DNA of 20,000 nt, from NCBI GenBank assembly GCA_026129095.1, contig JAHCIT010000012.1, positions 52,210-72,209 on the forward strand. The letters are read 5' to 3'. Under the pieces are notes generated by a model that saw only the letters and a list, made by a program, of their open reading frames with translations, did not search any database and was not told where the DNA came from. Below, piece after piece: positions 7,089-16,295 of the stretch. How positions within the stretch are numbered: position 1 is the stretch's first letter; every line of letters starts with the position of its first letter. The position numbers and the translations under genes are program-made. This DNA comes from Deltaproteobacteria bacterium (lineage in GTDB: Bacteria > JAGRBM01 > JAHCIT01).

Positions 7089-8885
7089 ATGAAAAACAGG
7101 TTACTTCTCACGTCAGTCATCCGCCCGTTCGGCGGACCCGGTGAAGGCGATTCCGTCGGAGCCGAGCTTTTCCATGCACAGGTCACCCGGGCGCAGGGGA
7201 TATTCAGCCTGCGGCAGGTGATCCGCTGCTGGGCGATCGACTATCTCGCCGGGAACATCGAGACCCCCTGTACGGTTCTGCACTACCCCTCGGAGCGTGA
7301 ATTTGTCCGCGAGCTGAAATCGGGCCGTTACAGCCATGTGGGGATCAATTTCGTCGTGGCCACCTTCCACAAGGCTCGAAAAATGTCGGAACTGGTCCGC
7401 AGGCATGCGCCCGGTGCCCGGATCATTTTCGGCGGCTACGGGACAGTGCTCCCGGACAGCCTGCTGTCACCGTTCGCAGACCACATCTGCCGCGAGGAGG
7501 GAATTGGATTCCTGCGGAAGCTGCTGGATGAGCCGCTGGACCGGCCGGTCGTCCATCCCTACGCGCCCATTCCCACCGTGCGGATGTACTCCTACCAGCA
7601 GCCTGCACTGGTGGCCCACGTCACCGCCGGGCTTGGTTGTCCGAACGGCTGCGACTTCTGCTGCACGTCGCATTTCTTCAAGCGCAAATACGTCCCCTTT
7701 GCCCGGACGGGGCGGGAGATATTCGACGCGCTGGTCCGCATGGACGATCTCGCGCGGGAACACGGTGACCAGATCAGCGGCTATATCCTGATCGACGAGG
7801 ATTTCTTTCTTCACAAGCCCCGCGCCCAGGAGTTCCTCTCGCTGGTGCGCCAGCACGGCCGGTCGTTTCCGCTCATGGGATTCGGCAGCGTCAAGGGACT
7901 TTCCCAGTTCTCCGCCGACGAGATTGCCGAGATGGGATTCGAAACCATCTGGACAGCGTTTGAAGGAGTGAATTCCGGCTACGGAAAACTCCAGGGCAAG
8001 TCGCTTGACGATCTCTACGCCTCGCTGAACAGCCGGGGCATTAATATCCTCGCGTCCATGATCATCGGTTTTCCCTACCAGACCCGCGAGCAGATACTGA
8101 AGGAGTTCGACTACCTGATGAAGCTGAAACCGTCGCTTTACCAGGTGCTGATCTATTTCGCCTTCCCCGGCACACCGTTTCACCAGCAGGTCATGGCCGA
8201 AGGGCGCTACCTGCCGAACTACCAGGAAAACCCCGACCTCCGGCGGTGGGACGGCTTTTCCATGCATTTCCAGCACCCGAACTTCACCGCAGCCGAGCTT
8301 GAGGCCCTGCAGAAGGACCTGTTCCGGCAGGATTTCGCCCGGCTGGGGCCGTCCATCGTGCGTCTCCTCCGCGTCTGGCATGAGGGTTCCAGGAACCTGA
8401 AGGATTCGCCGAACCCGATACTGAAGGACCGGGCCCGCAAGCTCACCCAGTCGACCCGCGATGCGCTGCCGGCGCTGACGCCGCCCATGCTGTTCGGACC
8501 GACCCGGCAGTCGCGGCGGGAAGCCCGGCAGCTTTTCGTGGATATCGTCCGCTTTAACGGTGGACTGACCTGGACCGAGGCGGTGTTCTCGCTCCTGTCG
8601 CCCGTCCTCGCCGTCTGGACCTGGATCGCGCTCAGGCTGGGTATCTTCCAGCAGCCGGCGCTGCTCAGGCTGGAACACCGGATGGACCAGCCGGCGGAGA
8701 AGGCGCAACCCGTGACCCGCATCCAGGGCGGGTTCCAGGCATCACCCGCTTCGGTACTGGCTGAAGATATCGCCGGCCACGTATCCCGGTTGTTCGATAC
8801 TGCCCGTCTCAAGCCCAACAACGGGTGGGAACGCCAGCCGTCGGAACTGACGCGGCCGGAGCCCCAGGCGAAGGACGCGGCGTAA
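7089..8885 (+). CDS. Cobalamin-binding radical SAM protein
   Basis: ATG 7089 with SD GGAGG; B12-binding-like segment VGINF...IIFGGYG; GCPNGCDFC motif; IDEDF, IIGFP and FPGTPF. Confidence 0.85.
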   Translation: MKNRLLLTSVIRPFGGPGEGDSVGAELFHAQVTRAQGIFSLRQVIRCWAIDYLAGNIETPCTVLHYPSEREFVRELKSGRYSHVGINFVVATFHKARKMSELVRRHAPGARIIFGGYGTVLPDSLLSPFADHICREEGIGFLRKLLDEPLDRPVVHPYAPIPTVRMYSYQQPALVAHVTAGLGCPNGCDFCCTSHFFKRKYVPFARTGREIFDALVRMDDLAREHGDQISGYILIDEDFFLHKPRAQEFLSLVRQHGRSFPLMGFGSVKGLSQFSADEIAEMGFETIWTAFEGVNSGYGKLQGKSLDDLYASLNSRGINILASMIIGFPYQTREQILKEFDYLMKLKPSLYQVLIYFAFPGTPFHQQVMAEGRYLPNYQENPDLRRWDGFSMHFQHPNFTAAELEALQKDLFRQDFARLGPSIVRLLRVWHEGSRNLKDSPNPILKDRARKLTQSTRDALPALTPPMLFGPTRQSRREARQLFVDIVRFNGGLTWTEAVFSLLSPVLAVWTWIALRLGIFQQPALLRLEHRMDQPAEKAQPVTRIQGGFQASPASVLAEDIAGHVSRLFDTARLKPNNGWERQPSELTRPEPQAKDAA

Positions 8886-9023
8886 CAAGCGGGGGGATTC
8901 AAGTCCGCTGATTGCCCATCCGCCTGCTATCGGTTACTTCCGCCCGCCCGGTTTGGCTGGTGATCCGGTCATCACGGGACGGCCTCCGCTATTCGCGGAG
9001 GCCGTCAGGCGGAGTGTGGCCCT

Positions 9024-10250
9024 ATCAGTTCCCTCGCAGATACCCTGATCTCAAGCTGGCAGATCCTTCTGATCCCCGTGATTGCGGGTGTCGTCGGATG
9101 GGGAACCAACGTGGTGGCGGTGCAGATGCTCTTCCATCCGGTCGAGTTCGTGGGCATCCGTCCGTATCTGGGCTGGCAGGGGATCATACCGAATGCCGCG
9201 CACCGGATGGGGCGTTACATCGCCATCCTGATTGCCACCCGTCTGGTGAACGTGAAAGAACTGCTGGCCTCGCTGGACGCCGAAACGATGATCCCTTCGG
9301 TCCGCCCTGGGCTTTGGGAACTGGCCGATTCCATTCTGGATACCGCTGTGCAGGATTTCGCAGCGCCGTTGTGGAATGGCCTGGACGAAAAGGCGCGCAC
9401 GCAGGTGCGGAATACTGTTCGTGCGGAGGTGGAAAAGCTGGCGGCGGCCGCGCTGGACGATCTGAAGGACGAGGCGCACGAGGTGATCGACATCGCCGCC
9501 GCCATTGAACAGGCGATCCTGAAGGACCGCTCGATCCTGAACAGGCTTTTTCTCACGGCCGGAAGCAGGGAGTTCCGGTTCATCAGGATTTCCGGCCTGT
9601 ATTTCGGCTTCCTGTTCGGCCTGCTGCAGATGGCCGTTTGGGTGATCTTCCCGAAATGGTGGACGCTGCCGCTGGCCGGCGTGCTGGTGGGATATGTCAC
9701 CAACTGGCTTGCCATGAAGATGATCTTCGAGCCGAAAACACCCCAAAAGTTCGGTCCGTTCGAGTTCCACGGCCTCTTCCACAAGCGGCAGAATGAAGTA
9801 GCCGCCGGATTCTCCACTACCGTTTCGGCGACCATGCTCACTCCGGTCAATGTCGTTGGACAGCTTTCATCCGGCAGGGGGCGTGAGACGATCCAGGGGA
9901 TATTCCAGCGGCGGGTCGGAGAGGCCATGGATACCTATGGGAAGCACCCGGTCGGTGGGGTGATGCTCCAGCAGGCCGGTCGCAGCAGGATCAGCAGCAT
10001 CATCGAACGGCAGATGGAGGTTCGCCTGACGCAGGAGGGCGGAATCCTCTGGAGTTTCGTGGAGAAAACCCTGAATGTCGCGGATTCAATGACTGAAAAA
10101 CTCCGAGGCCTGGAACCGGAGGCATTTGAAGGTGTGCTGCGTCCGGCTTTCCAGCAGGACGAGTGGAAGCTGATCCTTGTCGGTGCCGTACTGGGCGGAA
10201 TCGCCGGCTGGCTGCAGGCTGTCTACGTGTTCGGCCACGCGCTGGGGTGA
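9024..10250 (+). CDS. DUF445 family membrane protein (start uncertain: ATC 9024 or GTG 9078)
   Basis: Two repeats of GWxTNxxAxxMxFxP; C-terminal FEGVLRPAFQQDEWKLILVGAVLGGIAG. The conserved-looking first helix extends upstream of GTG 9078. Confidence 0.82.
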   Translation: MSSLADTLISSWQILLIPVIAGVVGWGTNVVAVQMLFHPVEFVGIRPYLGWQGIIPNAAHRMGRYIAILIATRLVNVKELLASLDAETMIPSVRPGLWELADSILDTAVQDFAAPLWNGLDEKARTQVRNTVRAEVEKLAAAALDDLKDEAHEVIDIAAAIEQAILKDRSILNRLFLTAGSREFRFIRISGLYFGFLFGLLQMAVWVIFPKWWTLPLAGVLVGYVTNWLAMKMIFEPKTPQKFGPFEFHGLFHKRQNEVAAGFSTTVSATMLTPVNVVGQLSSGRGRETIQGIFQRRVGEAMDTYGKHPVGGVMLQQAGRSRISSIIERQMEVRLTQEGGILWSFVEKTLNVADSMTEKLRGLEPEAFEGVLRPAFQQDEWKLILVGAVLGGIAGWLQAVYVFGHALG

Positions 10251-10357
10251 ACGGCCCTCGCCACGCGGGTTGCCGGAGCTGCATTGCCGGTTTTCCGAGG
10301 GGCCGGATCTGGCGTGGCTTTCGGAAACCGGCCTATCTCACATAGATTCCGGGCGGG

Positions 10358-11347
10358 TCACTCTGGTGCCTCGTACTGAATGCGGGCAGGGCACACTTCT
10401 CCGTCGAGGCCCTCGACCAGGGGTTTGAGCACTTGCGCGGCCCACTGCGTGAGCGACATCGGGGTCGTTGACGATGCATCCCGTGGCGGATCGGCCGTTA
10501 CTTTTCCTTTGGTGATGGCTTTAAAGGTGGTCATGAGCGCGTCGGTTGTCCGCGGATCACGGCCAATTCTCAGCATCTGGAAACGGACCACCGCGCGTGG
10601 AAGCCGGATCACGCGAATCCGGCGTCCCAGCCCTTCGGTCAGTGATGTCTCGACATCAGCGAAAGACATGTCCCGTGGCCCCCAGGCCCCGCGGATCACC
10701 CGGCCTTTGGGAGGATCCTGGATCAGGCTGGCCGCCACCTTGTCCGCCACGTCGTGGCTGGCCACCATCGGTATCCGCCGTTTCTGGTTGACCGGCAGAT
10801 AGAGCCGTCCCTTGTCACGGATGTCGTCGAGCTGGCCGAGCAGGTTCTCGAAGAAAAAGCCGGCGCGGACGTGGGTAATGCCGTAGGTTTTATCCGGGTA
10901 ATTGTTTTGCAGTTCCTCAACCGCCTGACCAAGGATCTTTTCGGTGTCGGCGAGGGCTCCGAACAGCGAACGCTCCCCGCCGCCGTCATCCACATGCGCA
11001 AAGCCGGAGAGATGCACGGTGTGGGCGATCCGGTTGGTCCTGATCGCATGGGCCGCTTATTCGGCGAACATCCGGTAGCCGCGGCGCATGGTCAGGTCCG
11101 GAGGAAAGGAGTTCGGAGTCGCCCAGTAGAGGGCATCCACGCCGCGTGTCGCTTCCACCAGGAAATCCCGGTCCTCGAGACGGCCAGTGCAGACCCGAAC
11201 GCCAGCCTCGGCCCACTGGCTCACCGATTGCGGCTTGCGCGCCAGCACTACCAGGTTGAGGCCCAGTTTTTGCGCGTCCCGGTAGTAGGCGGGCAGCTTC
11301 CTGCCGACGTTGCCCGTGGGAGTAGTGATCGCAATTGTTTTGGGCAT
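10358..11347 (-). pseudogene. NmrA-like NAD(P)-binding protein interrupted by an in-frame TAA
   Basis: ORFs 11057-11347 and 10358-11017 share one frame; the junction reads MFAE*AAHAIRTNRIAHTVHLSG. Rossmann-like TTPTGNVG, RAGFFFEN, PMVASHDVA; SD AGGGAG. Confidence 0.8.
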
Positions 11348-11439
11348 GGCTGTACTCCCTGGCTCCCAAGGCTAGGCAGCGCGGGCTGGACCTGGCAAAT
11401 TGGCCGTTATCCTGGGGCTTGCGCCCGTTTTCCGGTGCC

Positions 11440-12465
11440 CTAGAACCCCGCCTTCAGGTTCCTCGCCTTGCCGTCGAACTCGCTCGTTTCGGCCGAGGCG
11501 GCCTTCCGGAGCACATCGATGTAGCTGTGGGCGATTTCCGCCCGCTCCAGCACACCGTTTTCCCTTAGCATCCGGTGCATCTTCGGCAGGTTGTAGTGCG
11601 GGACGTAGATATAGAGGTGGTGCTCCAGATGGTAGTTCACATGGTGCGGCGCCATGAAGAACCGCACCCAGAACGGCGCCAGTGTCGTGCGCGTCTGCTT
11701 CAGTTCGTCACTGGGGTCTGGGATCATTGCATGCTCGGCGATGTTGCGGATGCGGAGCACCACGTTGTAGCCAGTCAGGGCCGGGAGCCACCAGAGGAGG
11801 AAAAACACCTCGGGGCGTCCGGCAGCCGTGAGTCCGGCGAGGATCAGCGAGTTGGTGATGAAAAACCCCTTCTGCCGTTGCCACAGGTTTTTCAGGATGA
11901 AACCCCACGATTTTCCTTCCCGTCCCTTGCCCGCCGGGGTGAGCCCGGCCGACAGCCGGAGCAGCGAACGGTAGCGATGGTAGGCGGTCCGCCCGGTGAG
12001 ATCGCGGGCCATCTTCCGGAAGAAACTCCTCGGCGTGATCGGAAAGGGTCTGGCGAGGCCGATATCGGGGTCATTTTTCGTCCAGGTGTAGCGGTGGTGC
12101 TGGAGGTGGTACATGCGGTACACGACCGTGTCCGCCATCGTGGGATAGGCGGTCAGCCACTGGGATATCCGGTCGTTCCACTTGCGGTTGCTGAGGATCG
12201 CGCCATGTGCGCCCTCGTGCATCAGGATGGAGAGGGCCAGGTGCCGTCCGCTCACCACCATCCAGCCGGCAAGGAACGTCCAGACGCCGGGCTTCCAGAT
12301 GTAGAGCGCCCACGCGCCGATGATACAGCCCCAGGTGAACGCGACAGACGCAAGGCCGCGGACATTGCTCAGTTTCTTCAGCCCGGCGAGCTGCTCCGGC
12401 GTCACATATTGCACCGGAGTGCTGGTAGTGGTGGACATGGACAGGTTCTCCTTCATCTTGCTCAT
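11440..12465 (-). CDS. Membrane fatty acid desaturase family protein
   Basis: Three His boxes HEGAH, HLQHH and HLEHH plus AEH; transmembrane segments. Confidence 0.9.
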   Translation of the reverse strand: MSKMKENLSMSTTTSTPVQYVTPEQLAGLKKLSNVRGLASVAFTWGCIIGAWALYIWKPGVWTFLAGWMVVSGRHLALSILMHEGAHGAILSNRKWNDRISQWLTAYPTMADTVVYRMYHLQHHRYTWTKNDPDIGLARPFPITPRSFFRKMARDLTGRTAYHRYRSLLRLSAGLTPAGKGREGKSWGFILKNLWQRQKGFFITNSLILAGLTAAGRPEVFFLLWWLPALTGYNVVLRIRNIAEHAMIPDPSDELKQTRTTLAPFWVRFFMAPHHVNYHLEHHLYIYVPHYNLPKMHRMLRENGVLERAEIAHSYIDVLRKAASAETSEFDGKARNLKAGF

Positions 12466-12471
12466 GGAACG

Positions 12472-13269
12472 TCACGCGGCCCTGGCGTCGCCCTGGATGA
12501 GGCTTCGCCAGATTTCATGCCCGGTCCGGTCGAACCTCGTGACGGCGGCGAAAAACGCCCGGCGGAGGACCGGGTCAGCGAGCGGCTCGGGCAGTAGCGG
12601 ATCAAACACGACCTGCCGGATGGCCTCGCCGCCCAGCAGGAACGATTCGCGCACGGCGGCGGCCTGCTCCAGTCCAGGTGCTTTCTGCATCCACGCTTCC
12701 AGTTCGAGGCGCATCTTCCTGTAACCGGCATTCAGTTTCGCCGTGTTCCAGAGGGCCCGGGCCCTGGCTTCGCGCCGGGCATCGAGATCCGAAATGACAA
12801 AGACCGCTGCTTTCGGCTCCAGGCCGAGGTGGTACAGGCGCGTGCGGACGGCGTCGGCGTTCTTCTCGATGTTATCCGGGCGGATATAGAGGTGGCGGTC
12901 CAGTTCGCGCAGACCGAGCATCTGGAGCGCCCGGTCCCGGCGCTTCAGGGCTGGCCGGTCGCTGCGTCCCAGCGCACCGCAGCTCACGGCGATCCACGAT
13001 CCGTTCCAGGGCCGGAGCCGCGACTCGGCCTTCCGCCAGGTGGCGACCTCACCAGCCAGTTTCCGGGCGGCCGGTCCCAGCCGGTAGCTGCCCCGTTCGG
13101 ACGGCTCGATGAACCGGCCGGACGACAGCCGGGCGAGCGTCACGCGGATGGAGTTTGCGCTGATTCCGAACAGTGCGCCGGCGGCTACCGCCTGCCGGGC
13201 CGTGAGCGGGAGGTCACCGGCGGCGAGCAAGAGGTCGAGAATCAGGCGTTTGGCGTTGGGTTTCATCAT
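12472..13269 (-). CDS. PaaX family transcriptional regulator
   Basis: wHTH FGISANSIRVTLARL...GSYRL, WNGSW, YIRPDN and DPLLPEPL typical of PaaX; ATG ATG at 13269/13266. Confidence 0.85.
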   Translation of the reverse strand: MMKPNAKRLILDLLLAAGDLPLTARQAVAAGALFGISANSIRVTLARLSSGRFIEPSERGSYRLGPAARKLAGEVATWRKAESRLRPWNGSWIAVSCGALGRSDRPALKRRDRALQMLGLRELDRHLYIRPDNIEKNADAVRTRLYHLGLEPKAAVFVISDLDARREARARALWNTAKLNAGYRKMRLELEAWMQKAPGLEQAAAVRESFLLGGEAIRQVVFDPLLPEPLADPVLRRAFFAAVTRFDRTGHEIWRSLIQGDARAA

Positions 13270-13270
13270 T

Positions 13271-13334
13271 ATTACCAATTATGGGTAATTAATTTCTGTC
13301 ACGTAATATTACTTCTGAAGGATAATAGTGTCAA
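13271..13334 (-). promoter_or_regulatory. Sigma70 promoter and candidate operators of the paaX-like/desaturase operon
   Basis: Minus strand TTGACA (13334-13329), 17 bp, TAATAT (13311-13306); palindrome GTAATATTAC at 13303-13312 and ATTACC-N7-GGTAAT at 13271-13289. Confidence 0.7.
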
Positions 13335-13397
13335 TAACTGTATTGTCTTCCGCGCTTCTTGCAACCCGGCCCCCTGCGGACCATGCAGAACCGCTAT

Positions 13398-14213
13398 ATG
13401 GATAAAGACCCGGCTGACAATGCACCGGTTTTACGATTCCGCCTGCCCCTGGCATTCGCCGGAGGGATGGTGATCGGCGTTCTGGGCGGCCTGATCGGGC
13501 TCGGCGGGGCAGAGTTCCGGCTCCCGCTGCTCATCGGGCTTTTCGGGTTTGCCGCGCTACCGGCAGTGATCCTGAACAAGGCCATGAGCCTGGTGGTGGT
13601 CGCCTCGGCGCTGGTGTTCCGCACGAAGGCGGTGCCTGTCGGCGAACTCTCCGGCCACTGGCCCATTGTTGCCAACCTGCTGGCTGGAAGCCTTCTCGGC
13701 GCCTGGCTGGGCGCGGCCTGGGCCGTGCGGATGAGCAGCCGGACGCTCTACCGGGTCCTGGCGGTTCTGCTCGTCCTGATAGCGGGAGCGCTGCTGGCCG
13801 GGCATGGCGGCGGCGACGGTATTCCTGCCCTGGACGGAACGGCGCTTGTGGTTGCGGGAGCCGCTGCCGGTTTCGGTATTGGTGCGGTCGCTTCGCTGAT
13901 GGGGGTCGCGGGAGGGGAACTGCTGATTCCGACCCTGGTGATGCTGTTCGGCTGCGACCTGAAACTGGCGGGCAGCCTTTCGCTGTGCGTGAGCCTGCCG
14001 ACCATGCTGGCCGGATTCACACGCTACAGCCGCGACGGCAGTTTTTCAGTGCTGGGAGATAACGGCAGATTCGTCGCCGCCATGTCCGCAGGTTCCTTCG
14101 CCGGTGCCGGCATCGGCGGCCTGTTGCTGGGGGTTGTCCCGGACGCCGTGCTCCTGCCGTTACTGGCGGCAATCCTGATTGTATCCGCCTTCAAGGTCTG
14201 GCAGCACCAGTAA
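13398..14213 (+). CDS. Sulfite exporter TauE/SafE (TSUP) family protein
   Basis: Duplicated GGLIGLGGAEFRLP / SLMGVAGGELLIP motifs, highly hydrophobic; start at ATG 13383 or 13398. Confidence 0.88.
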   Translation: MDKDPADNAPVLRFRLPLAFAGGMVIGVLGGLIGLGGAEFRLPLLIGLFGFAALPAVILNKAMSLVVVASALVFRTKAVPVGELSGHWPIVANLLAGSLLGAWLGAAWAVRMSSRTLYRVLAVLLVLIAGALLAGHGGGDGIPALDGTALVVAGAAAGFGIGAVASLMGVAGGELLIPTLVMLFGCDLKLAGSLSLCVSLPTMLAGFTRYSRDGSFSVLGDNGRFVAAMSAGSFAGAGIGGLLLGVVPDAVLLPLLAAILIVSAFKVWQHQ

Positions 14214-14850
14214 TCGCCCGCTCGCCGCCGAGCTTCAGGTACCGGACCAGCATGAGGGCCAGCTCGTCGGTGAGATCCCTGCGCCGTGCGGTAGTGGAAG
14301 GGTCGGTGGCGATCTGCATGATACTGGCGCCGATGGCCACGCCGATCACGTAGAAACGGTCCTGCATCCGGGTCGCCGGTCCGCGGACCCCTTGCATGTC
14401 GGCAAACTGGAGGCCGAGCCGTTCCACCTGGGACACCATCCCCTGCACACGGGGAAGTTCCCAGACGAAGGGCACCTGCTGGTAGAGGGTCCGCACCAGC
14501 GGCGCGTCGGCGGCGATGAACTCGACCATCCCGTGCAGCCAGAACCGGACCGCCTCCGCCGGGGGCATCGGCATGGCGAGCTGGGCCTGCCGGACGGCAT
14601 GGGAGAAGCCCCGGTCGGCGAACCGGTCGATCAGGGCAGCGATGACCTCGTCCTTGTTCCCGAAGTATTCATAGAGAGAACCGATGCTGACGCCCGCCTC
14701 GCGGGCGATGTGGTTGGTGGTGGTTCCCGCATAGCCCCGTTTCACCAGAGTACGAGCAGTTCCTTCAATAATTGCGTCAACGGTTTTCCTCGCGCTTTCT
14801 ATGGAAGGCTTTCTGCGGCGTTTTAAAGTGATTTTACTGCGCTTTGGCAT
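14191..14850 (-). CDS. TetR/AcrR family transcriptional regulator
   Basis: ATG 14850 with GGGGA SD; HTH TTNHIAREAGVSIGSLYEYFGNK; 3' end overlaps the TSUP gene by 23 bp. Confidence 0.9.
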   Translation of the reverse strand: MPKRSKITLKRRRKPSIESARKTVDAIIEGTARTLVKRGYAGTTTNHIAREAGVSIGSLYEYFGNKDEVIAALIDRFADRGFSHAVRQAQLAMPMPPAEAVRFWLHGMVEFIAADAPLVRTLYQQVPFVWELPRVQGMVSQVERLGLQFADMQGVRGPATRMQDRFYVIGVAIGASIMQIATDPSTTARRRDLTDELALMLVRYLKLGGERAITGAARP

Positions 14851-14861
14851 GGCAATCCCCG

Positions 14862-14892
14862 GTCCGAGTATACACTGAGCAATTGCTCGGAC
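14862..14892. promoter_or_regulatory. Candidate TetR operator in the divergent tetR/oxygenase spacer
   Basis: Perfect palindrome GAGCAATTGCTC at 14877-14888; outer inverted repeat GTCCGAG (14862-14868) / CTCGGAC (14886-14892). Confidence 0.6.
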
Positions 14893-14904
14893 ATACTTGT
14901 CTTT

Positions 14905-16251
14905 ATGGGTATGCCTGCACTCGACAACACCAGCCTGTTCCGTCCCGACGGGACGTTCCGGCTGGATCCCTCGCTCGTGCCGGGGCGTCACCGTCCCCGC
15001 AAGCTGTTTGTACGTGACTTGCCGCCGGAGCCTGCCGGAACAAAACGGCGGCGGTGGGCACCCGATGGGGCCATGTGGAACCGGGTGCTGACGGGGATCC
15101 TGTCGGGCGAGAAAGTCCCTCGCCAGCGTGTGCCATCCGAGAAAGCCTGGGAGCGGGCGCGGGAACTCGCCATCATGGGCGATCCCCTCGCGGATGATTT
15201 CGCCGCCCTCTATCCGAAACTCGGCTACCCGAAGGCCCGCGCCATGCTCGACACTGCCCTCGATCACGGCATAGAGAAGGTGGAAGATGCCCCGGAGGCC
15301 CTCCGGCTCCTGTTCGCCGAACTGGACAGTGTGCCCGCCTGGGTGGACTGGGAACGGGTCGAGCGCGGGGCTGCCGCCATGCGGCGTTATGCGCCCCTAT
15401 CGTGGCTCTTTGCCCGGCTCGCCTTCGCGCAGACCTATGTGAATGCCAATGCCGGCATGCCGCTCTACATGACCGGTTCGCTCGGCGAGAAAACCGTCGC
15501 CAGACGGCTCAAGGAAACCTCCCGCTGGCGGCTCGGCATCCAGCAGCCGGGCGCACTCAGGCGGTCCGGTGACGGCTTCAGGACGGTGGTTCGCGTCCGG
15601 GTGCTCCATTCGCTCGTCCGGTATCACCTGCTCAAGATGGGCAAGTGGGATACCGCGAGCCTCGGCATGCCGATCCCCCAACTCGACATGGCTGGAGCGA
15701 ACATAGGCATGTTCATGACCCACAGCTACTTGCTGGCTGCCCTGGGCGCGGTGATGACGCCGGGCGAGTATGCCGATGTGATGCACCTGTGGCGTTATCA
15801 TGGGCACCTGATCGGCGTGGTGGACGATCTCAACCCGAAGTCGTTTGCCGATCTGGGGCGGATCGGGACGCTGATGACTCTCACCACGCGTAACGCCTTC
15901 GATCCAAGGGCGAAGGCGCTCACGCAGTCCACCATGAACGCCCGTCTCCGCGAGGATGAGGGCACACTCGGCCGGATACTGGACGGGATCGACATTCATG
16001 CCTCGCACGGTTTCTACCGTCTGGCGAACGGCCGGAAATTCTTTGACCGGATGGAGCTGGATCCCGCCAGGCAGTGGCTGTGGTTCGCTCCGGCCGTCTT
16101 TCCGGCGGTATTCGCCGCCGATACCGCCCGCCGTTTCATGCCCGGAGGCCGCCGGATCGCCGACCGGATCGGCCGCCGGTATATAGACAACCGTCTCCAG
16201 GTGCGGGAGACACGCGAAGCGCCCTTCCGTCCGTACCACATGGGTGCCTGA
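14905..16251 (+). CDS. Oxygenase MpaB/Lcp-like (DUF2236) family protein
   Basis: GDPLAD, PAWVDWERVERG, RRLKETSRW, RVRVLHSLVR (heme-ligand His motif), GMPIPQLDM and HLWRYHGHLIGV. Confidence 0.88.
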   Translation: MGMPALDNTSLFRPDGTFRLDPSLVPGRHRPRKLFVRDLPPEPAGTKRRRWAPDGAMWNRVLTGILSGEKVPRQRVPSEKAWERARELAIMGDPLADDFAALYPKLGYPKARAMLDTALDHGIEKVEDAPEALRLLFAELDSVPAWVDWERVERGAAAMRRYAPLSWLFARLAFAQTYVNANAGMPLYMTGSLGEKTVARRLKETSRWRLGIQQPGALRRSGDGFRTVVRVRVLHSLVRYHLLKMGKWDTASLGMPIPQLDMAGANIGMFMTHSYLLAALGAVMTPGEYADVMHLWRYHGHLIGVVDDLNPKSFADLGRIGTLMTLTTRNAFDPRAKALTQSTMNARLREDEGTLGRILDGIDIHASHGFYRLANGRKFFDRMELDPARQWLWFAPAVFPAVFAADTARRFMPGGRRIADRIGRRYIDNRLQVRETREAPFRPYHMGA

Positions 16252-16295
16252 CAGTACCCGGCCCTTTCGTTGACGGACCGGTTAAGCTGTCCTGC

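Noticed and set aside
7467-8708. Long antisense ORF (413 aa) and similar shadow ORFs such as 11575-12597, 15397-16239 and 17724-19169
   Set aside because: They lie opposite well-supported genes in GC-rich DNA and have no recognisable motifs.
11057-11059. Programmed stop-codon recoding in the NmrA-like gene
   Set aside because: The codon is TAA rather than TGA/TAG, and TAA ends other genes in this window.
14851-15267. ORF-track 139-aa N-terminal extension of TetR
   Set aside because: It overlaps the divergent oxygenase gene and operator; ATG 14850 has an SD and gives a normal TetR length.
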